From IMG/VR virus record IMGVR_UViG_3300035502_000313, positions 128,001-192,000 of that record: a stretch of DNA of 64,000 nt; one strand, written 5' to 3'. Positions 52,541 through 61,500 of the stretch are shown here, one piece after another. The notes under the pieces were generated by a model that did not search any database, was not told the DNA's origin, and worked only from the letters and a program-made list of their open reading frames with translations. Positions within the stretch are counted from its first letter, which is position 1, and every line of letters starts with the position of its first letter. The translations under genes were made by a program, and so were the position numbers. This DNA comes from a virus (Duplodnaviria; Caudoviricetes).

Positions 52541-55500
52541 ATGTCTGTTCAAGTACAGAAGTATATAAAGAATTTAGGCAAGTCTATTACTTATTCTGCA
52601 GCCGATGTATTGAATAGCAAATTTGAATATATAAATGAAACTAAACAAGAGAATCAAGAAGTATTCAAAGAAGTATATCATTCTATAAAGGATTATAAAA
52701 ATACATTTGCTAGAGTAAAGAAAACTATTACTGATAATAAAGTAATGGATGCAGCCAGAGTAGGTTATAATTCTGTTTTATACAGTATTACAACTGGCGA
52801 TTTCTATGCTAAACAGAGAGAAGCAGAAGTCATGGAAAAATATGGAGGATCCTTCATGCAAGGATTTGACATGGATGACGATGACTTTGATTGGGACAAT
52901 GATGATTTATCTACAGGTGATAAGGTTGTTGCTACTGCTATTAAAAAGAATAGTAAGATAGGAACAGCTTTAACTGTAGAAGCTATATCTCAGACTGGTA
53001 AAGCACAGATGGATGTTTCTAGAGAAAACACTATGCTGTTATATACTCAGAATGAGCGTATGTTAAATAAATTAGATAATGGGTTTGGAAATATATTAGG
53101 TTTTCTAAAACAAAATGGAGAACAAACTGCAAAAGTTCAAAACCAGATGAATGAAAATCTTAATAAGTTTATGACAAATGTAGATAATAACATTACTAAA
53201 CTTACTAAACAAATGGATGAACTTCTCGAAATGCAGAGAAATATGTATAATCCTAAAAAAGAAGAAGAAAAACGTAAAGTCGGCTATGATGATATGATTA
53301 GTCGTAATGGTGTTTTAAATATTAAAGAGTATTCTAAGCATGTAAAAAAGAATGCTTTTAATACAATTAATGATATGTCTGGTGGAATGCTAAGTTATAT
53401 ATTTGGTGATTCTTTAGGACAAGGTTCTAACTTATTAGCACAATTTTCTGCTAATCCATTTAGAACAATATCAGAAACATTTATAAATAAAGCACTTGGT
53501 AAAAACTTTGATAGAGCTGCTAAAGAATTAAATACTACATTAGAAGGTATTGTACCATCTTTAATAGGCAAACTTAATGCTGCGTCTAAAAAAGATGATA
53601 GTGGTATTATGGGATTCTTAGGAAAAATCTTTGGTATTAAAGATGGCTCTAGAGAAAATATAGATACTAGTAGATACAATAAAGGTGCTATTCCTTTTGA
53701 TGGAATTACTAAGAGGGCTATAACAGATGTAATACCTTACTATTTAAGAAAGATGACTTCTGTCTTAACTGGTGAACAGGAAATGATATATGATTTCCAA
53801 ACTGGCAAATGGAGTAGTATGAAAGCTGTAAAAGCTGCTCATGATAATGCTGTAAATTCTGCTAAATATAGCACTGCTAATGCATTAACAGGAATTATAG
53901 AAAGTGGTTTAGGTGGTAGAAGATTAAGTGATTCGTATAAGAATAAATATGATTATGACAAAATAGTAAAAGCTATTGAATCTTTAGCAGGAAAATTACA
54001 AAATGCAGGAGACTTCGGAAGCGTTGATGAATCTCTCGATATATACGAAAGAGATGTAATGAAAATGCTAAGAGAAGCTATGCGTCTTGATGATGGAAGT
54101 GGAAATGATAGAAGATTTACTAGAAATTCAAAAGGTAAAAGAATTTCTTCTGGAATACAGAGAAGTGCTATCGGTGGATTCAATAATATGCTAAGACAAA
54201 ATAGATTATCTCAAAATAATACTATAAAAAGTATAAATAATGGAGATTCTATATTACGAATCATAGAATCAGAAGGTCTTGCATCTCAAAGTACTGAAAA
54301 TTATCAAGCAAAAAGTTTTGTTAATAGTCATGGTGATTTTGATCAAAATAAAATTCAACAAATGCCTGTTACACAAGCTTTAATTCGTGGTAGAGATGAA
54401 TATGGAGTTACTCTATATCAATATCTTAGAGACATGGATCTTAGTTTACGTTATATTAAAGCTAATTCTACTTATCTTGGAAGTCTTAATAGTAATGAAA
54501 ATGGTGAATCTAATAAGAATAATGAAGAGATAGTTAAGCATATTCTTAAAGATGGAGACATTGATTTTACTAAAGATAAAGAATCTCAATACATTGAAAA
54601 ATATTTTGAGAATATGCAAAATAAAAATAGACGTAAAGAAGAAGATGATTGGGATAAAAGAATTTCAGAAGCTAGAAAAAGAGCTGCAGCTAAGGGAGAA
54701 ATATATACATTAGCTACATCAACTGATTTTGAAAGTTCAAATGGTGATACAGGAATAGCTAATATAATGCGTAATAGTAGTTCTAAAACTGCTGCTAAAG
54801 CTAAAATAGCATATACTAGAGAACAACAGAAACAAGAAGAAGAAAGATGGAAGGCTATTGCTGGTATAATCGGCCAAGAGGAAGCGAATAAAGCTAGAGC
54901 TAACTTAGATCAATATGACTCTGATAAGAGTATAAAAGATAATATGGAAAAAGTTAAAGATAAAGGCTTTACTGCTAGTCTTATGATGTTTGCTAAATCT
55001 CTTGGCAATAAAATACGTAATCCTGGCGATGCAGCTGCCGATACTATTGTTAAAGTAGATTATTGGTTACAGAAACTCATATATGGTGAAGATTTAAAAG
55101 ATTCCGAAAATGGTAGAAAATCTTTATTTGAAAATATGAAAGATCAATTCCAAAAGGGTATACAAGGAATTAGAGAATCTATAGATAAAGGTTTTGAAAA
55201 ATTAAAAGAAAAAGTTAGTCCATTATTTAAACCACTCAAAGAATTAGGTAAAAAAATATTTGGTACAAAAGATGAAAATGGTTTTTATCAAGGTGGTATG
55301 ATAGGATCATTTATCGGAGGTGTTCAAAAAGGTTTTCGTAGAAATTCTTCGGATTTTTCAGGCTATATTAAAAATCAATATTCAGACTTTAAAAATAGAT
55401 TTACTCAAGATAGACCTGAACCTGAATTATCGTCTAAACAAAAATATGATGCTAGACGTTCAGAGATAATGAATAAATTAAATCGAGAAGCAGAAAGTGA

Positions 55501-58500
55501 AAACCAAATTATTAGTGGTAATGCATTAGAAAAGATTGCTAATATATCAGCATATAGAGTTAAACAGTCTTCTGTAAATAATGAAAAAATAGATGGAGAT
55601 GTTAAAAGAGCTGCTAGAAAGCAAGCTATGATAGATGAATTAACTAGAAAGATAGAGAATCAAGAAGCTTCAGTTATTTCTAGTGAAAAGTCAATTGCTT
55701 CGTTAAAACAACAATTACAAACTAAATTATATAATAATGAAGATCCTGGGGATTTAGAAAAAAAATTAGAAAGTCAAGAAAAGGTTTTAGAAAAGACAAA
55801 GGCTAATTTGAAAAATAATAAACAAAAGTTAGCCAAAATAGTAAATAGCACTACAAAAAATAAATACATGGCTGTTGGCGGTGTTAATAAAACAGGAAAG
55901 CCATTTAGATCTGTATTATCTGCAGGTGAGTTACATAACGGAAATATAGTTCCTAAAATGGGTATATATCAAATTAATCCTGGTGATACTGTTATAAATC
56001 CTGCTGGTGCTGCTACAAGAGCTAAACAAGCTAATGCCGAAAGAAAGTATCTTGCTAATATAAGAAGAAATGCAGAAGCTAATGACAAATTAACTCCAAC
56101 CGATGATACTAAAACTAAGGACAAAGATTCTGATGAACAGAATAAAAAGAAGATTCAGCAACTTCTTACTGATACAGACTGGAATAGTTTATCTACTAAA
56201 GAACAAAAGAAAGAATATATCGGTAATGTTGTTTCTAAAGGTTTAATTGGTGGCGGATTAGGTTTACTTGTAGGTGGACCTTTAATAGGTGCATCTATCG
56301 GTGCTGCTTCTGCTTTAACTAAATCTACTGGTTCATTTGCTAGTTTCTTATTTGGTGAAGCTGTTACCGATAAAGATGGTAATATACAAGTTGATGATAA
56401 AGGTAATGTTAAAAGAGCTGATAATGGTCTTATTAGTCAGGAAATAATGAAGGCTGTGCCAGATATTAAGAAGTATGGTCTTGGTGGTGCAATTGCTGGT
56501 CTATTAACTCCTATCGGTCCTTTAGGCGGTGTTCTTGTTGGCTCTGCATTAGGATTTGCAAAGAATTCTGAAATATTCCAAGGCTCTTTATTTGGTGAAG
56601 GTGGAATATTCTCTGAAGAGAATAAAGCTAAATTTAAAAAAGGTGCTAAAAGCATGGGAATCGGTGCTGCTATTGGTGCGTTTACTGGTGGTCCATTTGG
56701 TTTAGTAGGTAATGCATTATTAGGTGCTACTGCAGGCTATGTTACATCAACTGACAAATTCAAAGACTTTGTTCTTGGTGAAAAAGATGATCCAAATAAT
56801 CCTGAAAGTAAGAGACATGGTGGTGTCATGGGTGTTCTTAAGAGTGCTGTTGAACCACTAAAAGATTTTGGTAAAACACTTACTAACGGTATATTAGATG
56901 CTGTGTTTGGTAAGAAAAATGGTGAAAATGGCAAACGTGAAGGTGGATTATTTGGACTTGTAAGAAAAACTATAATAGATCCTTTAGCAGACGGCACAAA
57001 GACCATGGTAAATGCATTAAATGAAAAAGTAAGAGACATCGGATTTATGGCTAAAAAGACTTGGAAGAAAATTCAAAGAAAAATGGCTGGTAATGATGGA
57101 GCAGGAGTATTTGGTGAATTTGGTCAAAAAATTGCTAAGGGTGCCACTAAAATAGCCAAAGGTGCAATTATGGCTCCACTACTTCCTTTAATGGGAGGAG
57201 TAAAATTAGCACAAAAAGGTATTTTTAATCCAATTAAGAGAAAATCAATTAGAACTGGTAAAGCAAGTCATATGACTGCTAGAGAAAGATTAAAAGCAAG
57301 AGGCGAGCTTGGTATGGCTGAATATGATGACTATACTCTTTTTGATAACTCTCTTACTGAAATGGACAATGATTCTATTCAGTCATTAAAAGATAGACTT
57401 TCGGTTTATGTAGATGGCGATGATGCAGCGTTTAAAGAACAGAATAATCTTTTTGACAGTACAGGAAGAGAACTGAGAGATTATATATCATCAAAAAATG
57501 CAAATAAAATTATGAAAAGTCTTAAAAAAAATGACTATAGAGAAGCTGAAAGATTAATTAGAACTGGTAATTTTAAAATAGAGGGTGGTGAAGCTAATAG
57601 AGGTAAACTTGAAGCAATAATTAAAAAGCATAAAAGAAAATATTCTACAATCGATGAAAGAATGGCTAAAGCTAACAGTGCAAGCAAATTATCAAGTAAA
57701 GTTCTTAAAGATGAATATGGCCTTGATGTTGATTTAAACGATCCAAGAGATGTTGATAAGGTTAAGAGAATGCTTGATAGAGAACTGATTCATAACGAAG
57801 CTGGATTAACTGAAGAGGATATGGAATTTGATAGAATGAGAGAATTCTGGTCAGATGATAAATCTCCTCTTAAGACAGTTAATAGTGGTGTAGAAGCTGT
57901 AGTTAAAACTTTAGATAATATTTATAATGAAGTAAAACTAGGTAATGAATATGACAAGTTATCTGATGAAGAAAAATCTAAATATGAATCTAGAGAAGAT
58001 TATATTCAAAAGAATAAAGCTACTGCTGAACCAGATGCTACTCAAGATAAACTCAATGGTAAAAAATCTGATTCTACTAATAAACATAGAAAATTTTCTA
58101 GGGTTAAAATGGTACAAGAAAATCCAGATAAATTCTCAAAAACTATAAAGAGAATTATTGAAGAAGCATTGAAATTATTTGACGGAAAAGTAATGGAAGA
58201 AATTAGTGACCCAAATAAAATTAAAATAGATATCGATAAATGGAAATTAGAGAATCCAGATAAAGACTATAATAATGAAAAGCTTATTAGAACTAATATT
58301 ATTATTGATAGTCTTGACCAAAAGTATGAGTTTGACTGTGCTTATGTATGTAAGCAAAGTGGTAATAATTTCTCAGTTGAAATTGCTAAAAATCAATCAG
58401 AGAGTTTCGAAACATGTAGAGAAGATTTTGCTAATGCATATCTAGATGCACGTATGCCTAAAAGTGCTAAAGGTAAAGGCAGTTATATGAGTTTTAAAGA

Positions 58501-61500
58501 CATGGTTAAAAAGACTATAAAGATATCAGGATTCTTTGTAGCTGCTAGTATTGTTCCTGGTGGAGCTCTTGTTTTAGGAGCAAAACTTGCTTTTATGAAA
58601 ATAGCTAAAAAACGTGGATGGGATAAAAAACTCAAAAATGGTATTAGACGTGTTAAAAACGATGTAAAACATGTTCTTGGTTCTCATGCGATTGATTCAA
58701 GTTCAAAAAGACAACAAAGAAAAGAAAAAAACTATAATGCAAAAGCTGAAAAAGTACTTCAGAAAATGATAGAAAAAGGTGATGCTCAGCTAGATACTAT
58801 AGCACAAGAAAAATATAAAAAGAACTATTCTGAGTTAACTGATGATGAAAAATCAGCGGTAAATGCTACATTCAAAGAAAGATATGTAAATAATAAAATT
58901 GCTAATCAAGTTACCGGTCATGGTTTATTAGGAAATATTAAAGCTGCTCCTAAAGCTCTCATGGGAACTTTAAAATCTGGTATAAAAAATCTAACTGCTG
59001 GTAAAATTGATAAAGTCAAAGAGAAAATACAAAAACAAAAAGAAGAAGATAGATTTATAGGAAAATTATTTAATAAACTAGATAAATGGAAACTAGGAAG
59101 AGATGAGAAAAACTTTAAAGGTAAAAAGGATAGTAGACTTGCTAAAATACTGAAATGGCTATTTATAGGCGGTATTGCTGTTCCTATACTAGTAGGATTT
59201 GTTAAAGATAAAATCATGCCTGCTGTTCATGATAAGATTCAACCATGGCTAAAGAAAGCTGCACAAAAGCTTATTGGTACTAAGAATGAACAAACTGGTG
59301 AATATGAAGGTGGAATAATAGCTGGTATCGTAAATCCTGTTAGAAACTTCTTTAAAGACAAATTCCAAACTATTAGTGATTGGTTCCATAATAAAGGAAA
59401 GTTTACTAGTCCCGATACTGGTTTCAAAGGATTAATAGGAAACTTTAAATCTGCAATCAATTACGGTATAACACTATGGAAAGATGGTACATCTACAATT
59501 CTAAATGATTGCTTGCCTAAAGTAGTTGAAGGAATAGTAGCTAATTTACCAACTATACTTGGTGCTATAGGAACTGGTTTAATAAATGGTATAAAGGATA
59601 TCTTTTTTGGTAAAAAAGATGGTACTGGAGAACAATCATTAGAAACTGTAAATGCTTCTCAGATGGTTGATTCTACTTCTTCTAGTAGCGATAATGATTC
59701 ATCTTCTTCAAGTACTGGAATTAAATTTAATAATACAGTTGGTGGAACATGGGTTGAAACAGTAGGTGGATCGTCAACTAAAGTAGGAAGTTATGTAGAT
59801 GTAGTTTCATTAAATAGTGACATATATCAACCTACTTCAAGAAAAACTAATGATGATGGATCGACAACTTTAACAAATGAAAATACTGGAGAATCTGTTA
59901 CATCTGAATTTATTGATGATGATTCGATGGTATCTGCTGGTACAAACAAAGCTGGAGATAAAATATATTATAAGAGAACAGATGTTAACAGAACTCAACC
60001 GTATACAAAGGCTAATGACGGTGAATATGTTAGAATGGATAAGCAATCCAGTGTTATGCTTAGCAGTCTTCAAGACAATCAAAGCTATGCTGATATGGTT
60101 GCTGATAACGATGCTGGAGACGCTGGTGTAACTGATTCTTATACAGGAACAAACCCAGCTTTAGAAAAGACAGCATATGCTGGAAAAGTATTAACTAAAG
60201 CAGCAACTAGTAAATCAGGTGCTAAAGGTCTTTCTATGGCAATTAAAGCTGGAGGAAAAGGTGTTAAAATAGCTGGTAAAATGATTAATCTTATTCCAGG
60301 CACAAATGTTGCTGGATGGGCTACAAAGAAATCATTAGGAAAAGTTGGAGATAAAATAGTTGATTCTGCAGATGATGTATCATATAAATACTATAATTTC
60401 ATGCAATCTAAAATATCCAAAGCAGTAGAAAATAGTAAAGTTCTAAGCAAGGTTAATAATGCAGGAATTAAGATTAAAAATGCTCCTAAAAATATAGCTG
60501 AGAAAGCTAAAAATGCTATAAAAAATAAAATGGGAAAAACTGCAGAGAATGCTACTAAAAATGCAGCCGAGAATGCCGCAGAAAAAGCCGCTAAAGAAAC
60601 TGCTGAAAAAACAGCTAAAGAAGCTGCAGAGAATGTTACTAAAAATGCAGCTGAAAGTGTTATGGAAAGTTCTACTAAAAATGCAGCTAAAACAGGAGGA
60701 ACCTCATTTTTAGCTAAATCCGTTAAAGAATTATTTGAAAAAGCCAAAAGTAAAATAATTGAATGGTTTGCAAAGCTATTTAAAGGTAGTGCTGTAAAAG
60801 AAGCTGCAAAAAATGCTGGACGTGAAATAACAGAAGAAACTGCAGAAAAATTAGCTAAAGAAACTGGTGAAAAATTAGTTAAAGAATGTGCTGAACAGGG
60901 TGCTGAAAAAATAGCTACAGTAGCTGGTAAAAACCTCGTATCATCAGCATGTGATTGTTCTGGTATAGGAGTAGTAATTAATATAGCATTTGCTATAGCA
61001 GACTTCTTACTAGGTATGGATGATGCTAGAAATATATTACAAATTACTGGAGATGATATTCCATTATCTTATAGATTCTTCGCAGGTCTTGCTAATACAA
61101 TGCAAGATATTCCAATTGTCGGAATATTATTAGGTTGTATTGGAGCTAAGAACATTGTTTATTATCTAGTAGAATGGTTTGGAGATATTCTCTTCCCTGA
61201 AGCTACTGAAGAATTAAAGAAGAGACAAGAAGAAGCACAACAAACTCTTGAACAATATAATGCACAAAATAATACTAATTTAACACTAGAGCAGTATAAT
61301 AATAAAAAGTACGCTACTGTATCAAGTACAGTAAGTGGATGGTTCTCAGATGCTGGTTCATTCTTATCAGGAAAAGATGCTACAGTATCAGAAGCTATGG
61401 AAACAAGACGAAATGTAGCAGATTCTAATGATACTGTAACTGACATAAGAGAAAAACTTGAAAGTATAGCTTCTCATATGTGGGAAAAACAAGGTGATAA